From Paramecium tetraurelia (taxonomy: Eukaryota), in assembly GCA_000165425.1 (NCBI GenBank), contig CT868650.1:248001-312000 (forward strand): a DNA stretch of 64,000 nt, given 5' to 3'. Position 1 is the first letter of the stretch. Every line of letters starts with the position of its first letter. The notes under the pieces are model-generated. The model was not told where the DNA came from and ran no database searches. It saw only the letters and a program-made list of their open reading frames with translations. The translations under genes were made by a program, and so were the position numbers. This document shows, in pieces, positions 10,937 through 25,285 of the stretch.

Positions 10937-13849
10937 ATGTTACAAAAGAACACAGGATAGTATCTTCTCAAAGAATTGTTGATCTTTTTGGCTCTCCTTT
11001 TAGGTATTGATTGTTGATAAAGAAGGATTGTATTAATCTCAAGGAATCGATTCAATTTTGCCAATCACCTTAAATTCGACAATTGTTTTAATCTACACGT
11101 ACTTTAAATACAAGAAGAGTACTCACATTAGGTAGATCTGGATAATAAAGATTGTGTTCATTCTAATTCAAATTTCAATAAATATTGAAATGTGCTAATT
11201 TTGCATGATAATTGTGCATTTGATTGAGGATGATATCATCCAAACATTCATTTTGAGCACAGTGTTTCTGATCAATCTAATTTAGGAATAGGAGAATAAT
11301 TATGTGACAGAAATTCCTTTCAATTTATTATATTTCTCTAATGTTCTATTTTTGTTTTGTTTTATGTTTCTGAAGTGGAAATCAGTTAAATCCGAAGATG
11401 AATTGGTAGATCACACGTTCAAGATGAAATCGTTGGAATGTAAGTATTTGGTTATAATGTGCTATTTAGTAAAGGAGTCAATTAAAAATAGGGATTTGAT
11501 AAGCAAATCAAATTAACAATAATCAGTGAGCTAAGAGATAAATGCTATAAAAATGGAATGCAATGATGATGAACTGGTATTATAGAATGTGGCTTGGATT
11601 CAAAACTAGTCTGCTTTAGTTTATAACAAAAAGCTAAACATAGTTTATTAGAATTTATTTTTAGGAAAATTACTTAGACAATCGAATTTAGATGAATAAT
11701 AAACACAATAACAATCAAAGCCAGACTACGAAGAGTTGTTCCTTGATTGTCAGATTTTGGTTGGGAGTAAGGAGTTGATGGAAATCAATAGCAACAACAA
11801 TGATTAATCTATGAATAGTGAGTAATCAAATACATTAATAATTTCAAGTGGTTCCTTTTTGCTAAACAGAGTGAATGATTATCATAAATGCCGGATGAAG
11901 TCGAATCTGACCATCAGAGATCTGAGTATTTTGATGCAAAACGAGATCGATAAGTAGTTTAGTTGGAATTAAAAAGAGATGGCGGCCAAGCATGGTGACG
12001 TTGTTTAAATTGAGAAGCGATGTGTTCGATTTTGAGAATATCCAAATTAAGGCTTTTGTGAATAAGGTCAATGAATCCTCCTTTCTAATCTTCCTTTTTG
12101 AACAGTAGCCTCCTCAACAAAAGAAGTATGACAACACTTAACCGATCATCAACATCTTTTCAACTTTTGTGCATGAATCTGTAAGTTATATTAATTGTAT
12201 ATTAACTCTAATTTTGCTCACTCAACACGAGCATGAGAACACTCTCAAAATCTCACTCAAGCATCATTATTATATGCCTATGAGGATGATGAGTTTGAGA
12301 CACATTCTATTCGTTAACAGTATGAGGGATTATATCTTTTTTATATCAAATTAGTTGTTTTTGAGAATCTCAGCATTCAAACTAAACGACTTGATCGAGG
12401 AATTGTTGCTTATTTATGATGATAACTTAAAAATCAGAGATGTGAGTTTGACAACATCCATAGATTTGAGTGATAACAATCAGGTGATCTTCAGTGATTT
12501 AGATAGGGTAATATTGTGATTATTAAATTAGTTGAAATAAATCTTAGCATGTTTATTGACCTATTGTTTAAAATACACCTCTGCGTCACAATTAAAACTA
12601 GATATCAAAAGTTATACTGTCAGTGGTATTATGGTATCTTTTAAAGACAGCATGATAGCCAGAGATGATAATACAAGAAAAGCCATATCTAATTTGGTTA
12701 GACATCTCAATTCAACTCTCAAATTGAATTCATTTTATGATGTTGATCTTAACAACCCATTGGAACTATAGATTTGTGTGATTTTATGTTGGTAATTGTC
12801 GGGTACATTCAAAAGAGGTCTAGAATTTTTGTATGATAGTTAGGGATATGGCACTTTTACTTTTGTAATAGAATCCTAAACAAATTAAACAAGAATGCAA
12901 TCTCGTCAAGACACAGGTCCCATCAAGATATTAGGTTAAAGGAAATACTATGAAACATCACTATCTATGTTATTGGCTTAAGACAGCAGTGGTTACAGAG
13001 ATGAATCAAAGTAATTACTACATTATATTCTAGATATTTTTCTTTGACTTAGTTGTCAAAACAATTTTCAATGAAATTAGGAGATCCATTTGATGTGTAG
13101 AGTGCTTATTTCTCATAGATTTCAAGAATTAAATAGGATTCTTCGAATTCAAAATAGGTTTAAAATTCTGGATCAGTTCCTCGACAATCGAAGGAATAGA
13201 GCAACAGCTTTTCTGGCACTTGGAAACAAGGGTTCCCTGATATCATTCAGTAACCTTACAAGAAGACCAGAAATGAGAGAAGTGATTCCTAACATGATTC
13301 CATGAAAACACATTCTAATTTCGATTTTGGAGCTGATTAGAGTAATCCATCCATTCACCCTCCTGAATTGACTCCGAAATTACTATCGTCAGTAATTAAA
13401 TTCAGATTAAGACTAACTTGTTGTGCCAAAGTTTTAATTGTGGATAATGATCATTATAGCGTTTTTTCTTTGTAGAAAGTCTTGGAAAAGTACAACATTA
13501 AATGCGATAAGGCCTTCAATGGTATCGATGCTCAAAAGTTGATAGAAAATAAACAAGTCAAGCCTTGTCATTGTGGAAACAAGTCTTATCTGTTATTTTT
13601 TATTGAGTTTTACTTGCCAGTATTGAAATTTGTAGATGTTATTAGATCTTGTCGGGGATAGAGTTAGTGCGATCTCTGAAGGAGCAAATGAGAAGTAGCT
13701 TGATAGATAAGGGCTATGTGATAATAATAGCTACGTTTGTGGATTTGAATCAGAAGTTGGAATGCTTTAAAAATGGAGCAGATTATTTTATTGCCAAGCC
13801 ATTCGACTTGTTGGATATCGGGGCAGCAGTTTAATATTTAGATTTTTGA
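10937..13849 (+). CDS. Membrane-anchored hybrid histidine-kinase-like protein with C-terminal receiver (degenerate)
   Basis: N-terminal TM segments, H-box-like FVHESVSYIN, HATPase-like SDLDRLKQIL...LKYT, receiver KVLIVDND...AFNG...GADYFIAKPF. Confidence 0.8.
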
Positions 13850-13863
13850 TAGTTAATTATATA

Positions 13864-15138
<1,275 letters not shown>

Positions 15139-15220
15139 CAATAAAATTTATTAGACTATAATTAATGTATATATTTGTTGAATTGTGTGCAAATCTAAAT
15201 TTACATTTGAGGAATCACAT

Positions 15221-16059
15221 TCATTTCTACTGCAAACTCTTCCTTCTAAGCACTCCTATCAATATCTACATTTCTGTATTTTCTTTTTCAATTTCGTACC
15301 AGTCACAAAAATACTTGTAATCCTAAAATGCTGCCACCGTCTTTAGATTTTTCACATATTAGATTAGATTATGGAAGTCTTCATTGTATAATACGAATTC
15401 TACCAGATTATAATTCTTCCTTTGGTTAATCATTTGTATTTGCTAATCATTTAAATTATAAATATTGAAAATCGTATTTTTCTAATATTGTTTTTACTTT
15501 TAGAGGAAATGTGAATTTTGCTTTTTCTCCATGGTGGTAATTCTTAAAGTTATCATATCAAATATATTAATTCCACACTGAAAAGATTATCCCCATGTAA
15601 TTTGTCAACACAAGCATACATTCCTCTATTCTCTAAATTTTGTTTTAACTCTTTTAGATCCACTTACATTAATTTTGGAAGTTCTAATTTCTAGGGATTA
15701 TTGTGTTATTTTTAGAAATAATCATCCTCTTTCTTCTCCAAATTCTCCAATAATACAGGAGCACATTCAATAAACAATTTATTAAATAGCCTATTCACTA
15801 ATCTGAATTCCATGATCTCATTTGCTTTCAAAAACAAAACAATATTGCAAAACGTTGATTTATTAAAATATTTAAGAGCTTGTTATTTGGCAAAACCTTA
15901 CTATTTTTATTAATTGCCATTCTTAAATTATTTTAGACCTTGCTTATTCTAAGTTTGAACATTTATTTGGTTTTAAATAGCATTTTGCTGTTAACCATTT
16001 TTTTTAGGTATCTACTTCATCATTAATTTATTAATCAAATAGTTATATTACTGTTTCAT
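15221..16059 (-). CDS. Hypothetical protein with F-box-like motif
   Basis: Open frame containing FNKSTFCNIVLFLKANEIMEFRLVNRLFNKL (F-box-like pattern); ends ...VLRRKSLQQK-TGA at 15221. Confidence 0.55.
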
Positions 16060-16193
16060 TTTTCAAACAGAAATTCATATCAAAATTATAAAAGAAATTG
16101 TTTCATGTAATTATATTATATCAAAACATATTCATTAGAAGTAAAAATATAAAATTATATTATGATAAAAATAATTATCATTACAAAATATAA

Positions 16194-16964
16194 TCAAATA
16201 TCAAAATTACAGCAAAAGAATAGTTTTTACCAGAAGGACTTCTCATCCACGACATTTTGGTCTTTAATCTTTGTTGTTGATAACTAAACACTTTATTAGA
16301 CAATTGAACTAACATAATGAGACTCTAATTTGGTCACTTTGAAAGCAAATGAAGTAATATTTGTTTTGCCTAATTAAGTTTTTTCAGAAATAGCTTGTAG
16401 AATATTAAAATAGATTTACCTGGAAAATCTTCATTTGGTTTTCCATTTTTTTTTTTTGGGATGTACAATTCATAGAGGAGTGATCCATCTTGTGTAAATG
16501 GGAAATGAATGTAATCATGTTACAAGTTGAATTCTTTTATAACTAACGTAATAAAATCAGAGATCAAAGTGTCTTGAGTTGCTGATACGATGATTTCATA
16601 TTTGTTATCGATATTTTCGTCGTACCAATACACATTGTATAGTTTTTGTTTCCAAAAATATTGACACTGATAATCATATGAAATGAATGATTACCTCTTC
16701 TTGAATGATTGAAATTGGCTCTACACAGGATTGAGAACCTCTTCTTTGTGGAGGAATGCGATCGAGTTAAAGTAAGCTTTCTTTAAAAATATAGTTATAA
16801 TTACTTTGAGTTCTTTTTAATTTAAAATTTTTAGAATTGTCTTGCAACATAGCAAGATTAGCATTGCTTTGTTTAGATTGTGTTGATGTGGATTATTCCT
16901 AACATGATAGTTTTTCATCAATAATGAGATCAAACTATTCATCCTTTTCACATTGTTATTTCAT
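16194..16964 (-). CDS. Small protein with SIN1/CRIM-like ubiquitin-fold domain and C-terminal di-Cys motif
   Basis: LYELYIPKKKNGKPNEDFP...KTNITSFAF resembles the CRIM motif; ends SFWQKLFFCCNFDI-TGA. Confidence 0.6.
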
Positions 16965-17038
16965 TGAACTTAGTTATTTTTTAGAATATTATATGTATAA
17001 ATAAATAATTTCTATAATAAATAATTTATACTTAATTA

Positions 17039-17729
17039 ATGGATTTAAATTGTAGAGTGAAATGTGCTTGCGTGATTAATTTGAGTACATTAAGCAAAAC
17101 ATGGAATCCTGTCATTGGTAGCTGAAAACCCAGTGTTCATAAATGATTTGCAATAAGAAGCTTAATTATTATATTAGCAAATTTTGAATTAATAGGATTC
17201 ATAAAACGTCCCCTCCTTACCCGTTTAAAAGATCTACTCATAATCAGGAGCTTGGTATTGCTCATTAAAGAACAATATAGTCATAAGTCTATTAGTTACA
17301 TCCTCTTATCCAATGCCAAGCGCTATGCGATTGTTAAAATAAATCGAAGAATTGTTAAAGAGATAAATATAAAGTGGGAAATATGAATTTCAACCCATAG
17401 AACCAAACTTGAGACAAGTACACTTTTGCATAACTAATAGCTATTAACACAATACGATAGAGATCCTTTTACGGACGATAAAATTGAAATAACTTGTAAG
17501 TCAGTTGATTCTATCCAAGGATTAAATGGAGGAAAATATAAGGAAGTTCTAAATTAATTAGGAACAGCTTCATGTTATTCATCACAAGAGTGCAGAAGTA
17601 TCTCAAATGGCAAATCAATTTCAAAAAGGGGCAACAGCAGTTAACACAAAATAAAATTGGGCTGCTTACTTAGCCATTGGAATATTTGGAGCCCTTTTAA
17701 TTGGAATAATCATTTACATCTTCTTATGA
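17039..17729 (+). CDS. Longin-domain R-SNARE (synaptobrevin/VAMP7-like), with apparent frame disruptions
   Basis: Longin-like GAWYCSLKNNIVISLLVTSSYPMPSAMRLL, SNARE motif MEENIRKFQINQEQL...QFQKGA, C-terminal TM AAYLAIGIFGALLIGIIIYIFL-TGA. Confidence 0.7.
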
Positions 17730-17762
17730 TAATAAATTTAGTATATAAACTATATAACAATT

Positions 17763-19444
17763 TCATTTTGCAGTATGTAATCTAATATATCCTGGCTCTG
17801 TCGGATTTCTGAATTGCTTTAAGGAAGGACTTCTCCCCATATTCGTACTTTGAGTGACATTCTGAAACGAGTGTAAGAATGAAGTTGTGGCATGACTGCT
17901 AGATTACACTTCCTTTGGTTGGCTAATTGAATGAGCATTTTTGTATTTTAAAAGTTCTAAATTAGTTTCAATTAAAAATTCTTTCAAATCCGGCCTTCTA
18001 TTTAGAATGCTTTTAGAAGGTTATTATTTAACAATTCTCCTTAATTATTTAGAGACTCTTAGTTTGGCTCCAGAGATTCCTGGATCTGATTCACTGTATT
18101 TCAAAAAACAACTCTCGCAAATGAGAACTGATTTGATTAAAAAGGCATCATTCACTTTTAATTATTCAAATATTTGCACTGTCAAATGGGGATATAGTTT
18201 TAAAATAAGAGGTGGGATATGTGAATGAATATCTCTTAGATGACCCTCACATTACAAAAAGGATTTAGGCTTAATTATTTCTATGTTATTCACAAGAGGG
18301 TGTTAATTTACATCTTAGTCAAAATGCTTGATGATATATTCATAAGTCAAATGGTATAGATCTAAATATGTTTTGAATATTCACCTTTTTATTAACATAA
18401 AACTCCACACTCAAAACATTCTATATCCTTAATCAAAGCTACTGGGTGCATTGTGTTTACAGTCAGCATATTCTTTATTGAATACGGTTTCTGGAAATTA
18501 GTATTAAATGGAATTGGAGTATTATTCTTTTTCACATTAACATTACCCCATAGAGGCTGATATAACTTTATTTGTGACTAGGCTTCTCCTTATATTCTTA
18601 TTGAGGATGAATATAAAAACCACACTTTATTATTCTATAGAAATATAGACACCATTAAATACTTAGTCGGCCTTAAAATAAAACACAATTCGGGATAAGT
18701 TCGTCTGTCCATAGCTCAAATTTGTTATCTTTTAAACGATCATTTGGCATTGTTTTCTTATTTCCTATGAAATCTCCTTGCCCCTTAAAGGAATCACTCT
18801 GGAATAGGCTTCTCCTCCATCAAAAGTTGTACATCTTTCTGTGATAGATGAATATCTTTACCATAAGGATCATAAGCCATATCATATAAATCTCGGTTGT
18901 TTTATTTCTTTGAAAGTATGCACACTGAGGGACTCCAAATTGCTTGGATCAAGGACTCGTGATTTCCTAGTGGTTCTATAAACTTTTATAGAATCCCTGA
19001 AGGTGGTTTGTTTGGTGAATTAACGAAATCAGGAAACATTTGTTTCGTTAAATAATATATGCAGATCTTTTCATCAAAGTCTAAGAGAGGCTTAGCCTTT
19101 TTTGATTGACTTGGAAAGGTTTTCTCTTCTTTAGGATCTGAATGATTATATTTTTGAGGATATATATAGTAGGCTATAACTTATCCATTCGGCTTATCAC
19201 CTGAGCAAAAATGCTTAATCAGATTTTCAGACTTTCTGGCCTCAGATTTCTTTGTCATAATCTCACCTTCCTTACTGGTAAAATACCAAACCTAATTGTA
19301 GATTATGATTACTTGAGGGACTCCATTTTTATAAATTAATGTGTCTGGTATTCTTATTTGAAAGGACTCTTTTAATAACGATTCATCCTTAAACCATAAA
19401 AAGTGATATATATTGTATGCTACACCATTTGTATTTGTTATCAT
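17763..19444 (-). CDS. Uncharacterised protein of globular appearance
   Basis: MITNTNGVAYNIYHFLWFK...IPDTLIYKNGVPQ/VWYFTSKEG..., late CESC motif, several short introns, ends ...RLHTAK-TGA. Confidence 0.7.
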
Positions 19445-19594
19445 TTTAAATAATTTATTTCTAAAAATATAATAAATAATTAAGTTAACAGAATAATTAT
19501 GTAGGCCATAGTAAAATATTCGTTATTTTTTCTTGAACAATTATAAAGATTTCATAGATTTTCAATAATTATATTTATAGATTCACAGCTAAAT

Positions 19595-20665
19595 ATGAAT
19601 ATTTATTACACTGAGGAAAGAGTAATAAATTTAAATAGGAAATTCGAATTATTCCATAGTTAAATATAAATCTGGAGAGGTGTTTGCTATTAAGCCATCG
19701 ATGAATGCTCCTATTTTTAGATACAAATAATATTTTTTACTTTTTATTATTAACATAAACAGTAAATTATTTAAAATAAATTAAAGATGAATATAAAGAA
19801 TTCTTAACTACATAAAAAGTCATAAACTAGCTATTTGAATTATATGCTTGATGCTCGCCTATCTAAGATAAGACAAAAAACAACGATTAAATTTAAAGAG
19901 AATGAAAGCAAATTTGGTGATGATCACTTTCAATTAAGAACAGATTATAGTGATTCATTTAATTGTTAAAGTTGTTAATAACAACAATTGATAATTAAGG
20001 AATTGAAAGCATAAATTTTGGAATGTTAGAAATAGATAGACATATTGTAGATAGAGAAAGATGTTATATAAAAAAAGGAAGAATAGACAATAAAGTTGTT
20101 GATATAGGAGATTGAAAAAGCAAAACTAGATTAAAAAAGATGTTCAACAGAGTTACAACATTCATTAATTTAATTTGCTAATGAAAACCTTTTTAAATAG
20201 AGTCAAACTTTGTCTTTTTAGGATAAGTCAGACGATACTTGCATTTTGAATAATCAACTTAAATAAATTAAAGAATAAAATGCAAATTACGCTGAACTTT
20301 TACATTAATAATACGAATTCTCAATTAACATTAATATTAAATTTGCTTAATTATCGAACTCCTTGAATACTTTAATCACTTTGGTTCAAAAATATACCCG
20401 AATCATCACTCACATACAAATGCAAAGCTCTCCATAACTTGATTTGCTACTTCCTAACCCTCTTGATGACCATTTGAAATAGGATCGCCAATAACAATTG
20501 CATTTCATTGATTTACATGACATGACAACTAAAATATAACAGATTTAGATTGGTTCTTTAACAGATGTGCAATCGAAGATAGAAACCTTGATTCAATTGG
20601 TAGCCGACTATTTGACACAGGCCTAAAGAATAGCAATAAATGATATGAGTAGAACTATTGTATGA
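19595..20665 (+). CDS. Hypothetical coiled-coil protein
   Basis: Q/E/K-rich frame under the ciliate code ending ...NDMSRTIV-TGA. The 5' structure is uncertain. Confidence 0.55.
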
Positions 20666-20701
20666 TTATATATACTAACAATATGGGTATAAAAATAATA
20701 A

Positions 20702-22354
20702 TCATCTGCTAAATTTATCAAATTAAGAAAATGAGGATTGCATTTTATCTCTGTTTCTTTCAAAATGATATTTCGGTATGATTCCAATTGTTCCTGTGAT
20801 GTAGTAGGACCCTGGGCCTATTTCTTCTTTTTCCTTGGGAGGGAATCTAGCCGCCTTTCCGAGACTAAGAGTAATACAAACTTGAACCTTGGTCTTGGAC
20901 CTGTATTAAATGGCAGTGAATAGCTACCAGGTCCAATGTTTTTGTATTTCGAAAGCACTGGATCAGATCTAAAACCTTTTGTTAGACTGGCATGTGCTGT
21001 TTAGGCCTTAGTGTAATGTTCAAGAGGTTTAGTAAATGAATCTGTAACAAGTTGAGAATCTGGATCGTATTATCCTGGCCCAGGTGTAATATTATGATTT
21101 CTTTGTTCATACTTGAGCCGAATTGAATAATTAGGACCTTGTAAACTTGAATTGACATCATATTTTCCTGGAGAAGGCACTCTATCTCTTGATAGTCTAA
21201 AGTCAGTATTGGGATTGTATCTTTCACCAGTTCCCATAGATAATTAAGATTTGCTATGTGAAATTCGAGTGGGAGCCATTTAAGGATCATGAGTACCAGG
21301 TCCTGGTTTCAATGATGATTCTTTTGAAACAAGTTGGGATCTGTTTTATTTTAGCATTTTAATTTCTTTGGCAGTGGAAGGATGAGGTAATTTTGGATCA
21401 TGAGCTATTTTTAGTTTATTGTAATTACCTCCTGGTCCTGGATCGAAATAATCAGTAGTCAAAATAGGAATATATTTATGACCAAAACTAAAAGCTTTTT
21501 TCAACTAGTTCATTGCTGGAGAATAAGTATCAGGACTTGGAACAACTTTATGAGAAGGCAGTTCTCTTTCTGCTTTTGGGATGGAATATTTGGGTGCTAA
21601 ATCTTAAGTACTTTCCCTATAATCTCCAGGTCCAACATCAATTGATTTTGGCAATTATAATTTTTTTGCAGTTCCAAATCCTGTCTTCTTTCCTTTATTG
21701 GTAGCCCAACTTGTGGCTGTTTTGAATTAGCTGAAACTTTCAGAGTTATAGTATTAGTCTGGTGAAGGCCCTTCTTTTGCCCATCTAGTTTCTTACTTGT
21801 AACCAAATCCAAAAACTGGCTATGAATGTTGATTGGTGAGAGATGGGTTATAAGAACCAGGACTATGATATTTAAAGTTGCTACCCAATAGGATGTTCTT
21901 TGACGACTTCAGGTTTATGAATTGCCCAAGTCTAATGAAGATCTAATTCACCTCCAGATAATCTTTTCCCCATAGATGTTTAAATGGTATACATTTACTT
22001 GATTTTATCTTATTATTCCTTAGTTGGATTTTTCTCTAAAAGAACTTTAAGTTATTCCTCATCTATAACCTAAACATTATGAATATTGTAAGCTCCAACA
22101 GGTGGATTAGGTGCTTTCACAGGTTTTAATTTTTCATCTTATGGTAAATTCGATTTTCTTCTGGATATTTTACTAGAAAGTCTGGATTCAGTCCTCCTGA
22201 GTTAATCATCGAATTTCTTGCATCCCTCAACTTCCAGCTTACTAGAAATCAAGTCATCTTTCTTAACCCATGGTAATCTTTGGGATTCTCCAAAGGTAAA
22301 TGCTCCTGAAAATGCTAATCCATGTGGAGTTGTTCCGGTTGTACTTTGGTTCAT
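20702..22354 (-). CDS. SHIPPO/PGP-repeat protein (ODF3/STPG-like, probably ciliary)
   Basis: Repeated PGPGxY motifs (VGPGDY, VPSPDTY, PGPGGNY, PGPGTH, PGPGQY, IGPGSY, GPGSYY) separated by F-G motifs. Confidence 0.85.
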
Positions 22355-22406
22355 ATTTGTATAATTTTTATTATTTTATTCTAATAATATAAATTTCAAT
22401 AGATTT

Positions 22407-23486
22407 TCAAAATTAGTTGTTTAAGTATTTGTTTGGATTCTGAATGGCTGCCTTCAAAAACGCATCAAAATCTTACTAGCCTAACTTCAATTTCTAGGCT
22501 TCATCCCATAAGATCACAGCTGATAGTTGTTAGGCTTAAGACAATTTGGATGACTATAATTTTAGTTTTAACAATTTTGAATAAAATAATCTTTGGCTTT
22601 GAGAATCGCATTTCCTTGATTACTCTTCTAAAAACCCATAATCATTGGTTGAGATATTCGTGAGTATTTCACTTTTGGCATTCATTTTAAGTGGAACTTG
22701 TTAGGTCTGCATCTTTTTATGCAATTACCGAGGGATAAATACTTGGGTGGGTTCAATATTCATCCATTTAGGACTTTTACTCTTTTATAAATTTTGATTA
22801 ATAAGATTATTATAATGTTACTATTCCCTCTTTAAAGTGTTGCATTCCTATATTTTCTTGTTTATTTATTCCAACAATTGATCTTTTGATACACTGTTGG
22901 TATCTTGTTGATCAGCACTCAAACAATACACTTTATTACTGTATTGATTTGATTGACTGTCTTAAGCGATTACATTCTTGAATTTACTCTGGGAACTCAA
23001 TTGGTTATCTTGTTCTTGTTTGATATCTAGATTGCCTCTTAAGATTTATATTTTTTGTTCTATTAATACTTGAATTCTTTCAATATACAGACTTAGATTT
23101 AATGAGGATTTTGGGATGTATTTTATTTAATTTATTTCAGCCAAGTAAGATTAACAGCAAGAGATTTCGACATTGCCTATGGTTGAAATTTGAATAACAA
23201 GTTCAATTATTCTAATGAGTCTAAGCGCTAATATGTTATTCTATTTTTCCATCAAACTCATTCTAATTTTTTGTAATTTAAAGTGATTCTCCTCTAACAA
23301 TGAAAAGGTTTTATCAATATGATCAATGTTCTTTGTAACTTGAGTGCAAACCAAAGTATGTTTATTGGTTTAATCATATCTTATGTATTCTTGACAATTC
23401 ATGCAGAGAATTAGTAATTGAGAAGGTTCTTCGTTTGCTTGTTAATTCGTCTTGCACCTTTGCTTGAAAGACTTGAAGTAATTCAT
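22407..23486 (-). CDS. Hypothetical protein with N-terminal C2HC zinc finger
   Basis: ILCMNCQEYIRYDQTNKHTLVC motif; ends ...NPNKYLNNQF-TGA. Confidence 0.7.
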
Positions 23487-23600
23487 CGTATAGTATATAA
23501 ATGTTATTTATTTATTGACTTAATAAATGCTATAATTCGTATCAATCAATCTGTTAAAAAGAGTGGATTATGAATAGTATTTAATTTAAATATCTTATAA

Positions 23601-25204
23601 TCATTAAATGGGACTTTCCTGTATGACATTATAATTTAATTACAATTTGACTGCTTCAACAATTTGTTAATCACATCCAATGCTCTGCAGAGACTCGATG
23701 TAGTCATCCATCTATTTTTGTGTCTATTCTTTAGTGACATCTAAGATGCTTACACATAAAATGATTACTATTTTCAGCAAAAACACTAGTGTTATTGGCA
23801 AGCATAGTTTATAACTGAATGGCATAATTGATCCAGATCTAAGAATTATGGAGCACTGGATGGTTTGTTAATCCCTCTAAAATTTTAAATTAATTAAATG
23901 TTCATACCAAAGACACTCATCTTAATCTCTTGATTGTCATTCGGCAACTATATTAATTTATAAATTGATCGGGTTAATTGGTAAGCATCAATAATGATGG
24001 ATGCAAAATCATTCTTCTTATTGCAATAATCCAAACAAGTAATAATTAGTTTGTGTAGTGAAACATAGCCTTCTGGACTAACTTAGAAATCTGCAGTATT
24101 TTATAGACCATCCTCCTGATTCAGCCTTAATTTTAGAATCCTATCCAAAGATTGAACATAGACAGCTGGTTAGGTTTGTTGAAGGAGTTCATTTAATTTG
24201 GTTACAGTTTCGTCTGTAATGATGTTGTTAAACATGGCACTTTAGAACATTTTCATATAGATTTGGTTGGTCTCTTTAAATTACTAAGCGGAATCACTTT
24301 GATTTTCAGGAATCGTAGCTTAATCGAAGATGGGCTTCTTTTTCTTAGTAGCCATTTGATTGTCTGGTTTAAAGTTCAATTGAGAATGGATGAAGGATTT
24401 ATAGTTCTCAAAATTTAATTTACTTAGGAGTGGTTTGTCAGATGGTTAATCTTTAAAGAGTTCATTTAATTCATTTTTGGGATTGTATTGTTCAATTTTT
24501 TGAGTTATTCCACTTAGGTCATATTGTAGATTGCGAACAACAGAAATTTCAAACATAAAGAATTTGATACCAGAATCCTAAATGGTTTTTCTTCTTTCTA
24601 ATTCTATATTTGAAAACTTATCTTAAACAATAGCGATATCCTAAAAATAAGATTCAATATATTGGTTGTAATATGCAATGAAATTTTGCAGTTTGATTTC
24701 GCTTTGTTTGCAACTGAATTTTTTTTGAATGGACTTATTGACTTAGTATTTCTTCTCCTCATTAATTGCTTAAATATATTCATCTCTCAATGAATTTAAA
24801 CTTTCAATATTTCTTCGAATTTCTTTGGAGTGCTTTTATTTGAGAAATTGCATTTCTTTCTACCACCCATCCTCTTTTATGAGATGTTATTCCAACTCTT
24901 AAATAACATCATTTTTGATTTATCTTGCAAAGGTTCTAGTTTATTCTGATTGTATGTGAAAGTAGCTTCTTAATATAATGAATAAATCTTTTAAACTATC
25001 CTTGCCATGTATCAATTTAGTAAGTGATTCACCTAGCTATTTGCTTTAATAATTACCAATTTTTTCAAGACTTCTTGAATAATACTCTTCGAGTTCCGCT
25101 CGAGCTTAGAGCAGACTAATGAAGTCTTGGATGACTTTCTTTTTCTCTAAACATTTTTTGCTGAGGGTATCAATTCGTTCTGAAATGTCAGGTGAAAAAT
25201 CCAT
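23601..25204 (-). CDS. F-BAR (FCH) domain protein
   Basis: MDFSPDISERID...LLQARAELEEYYSRSLEKI fits the FCH R-x-x-LE-x-x-Y-S-x-x-L signature; coiled coil follows; ends ...IQESPIQ-TGA. Confidence 0.7.
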
Positions 25205-25285
25205 AATTAGTTTAAATTAAATTATTAAATTCGATATAAATGCGAATGGAATTATGTTTTGTGTTAAATTTAAATTTAATAAATA

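Noticed and set aside
17085..17530. Programmed +1 frameshifting of the Euplotes type in the SNARE gene
   Set aside because: That mechanism uses AAA followed by a TAA/TAG stop; here TAA/TAG are Gln and the sites do not fit. Pseudogenisation or error is simpler.
20702..22354. Recurring ccaggtcc/ggtcctgg motifs that might suggest a DNA repeat array or CRISPR
   Set aside because: They encode PGPG peptide repeats, vary at synonymous sites and are irregularly spaced; no cas genes, eukaryotic context.
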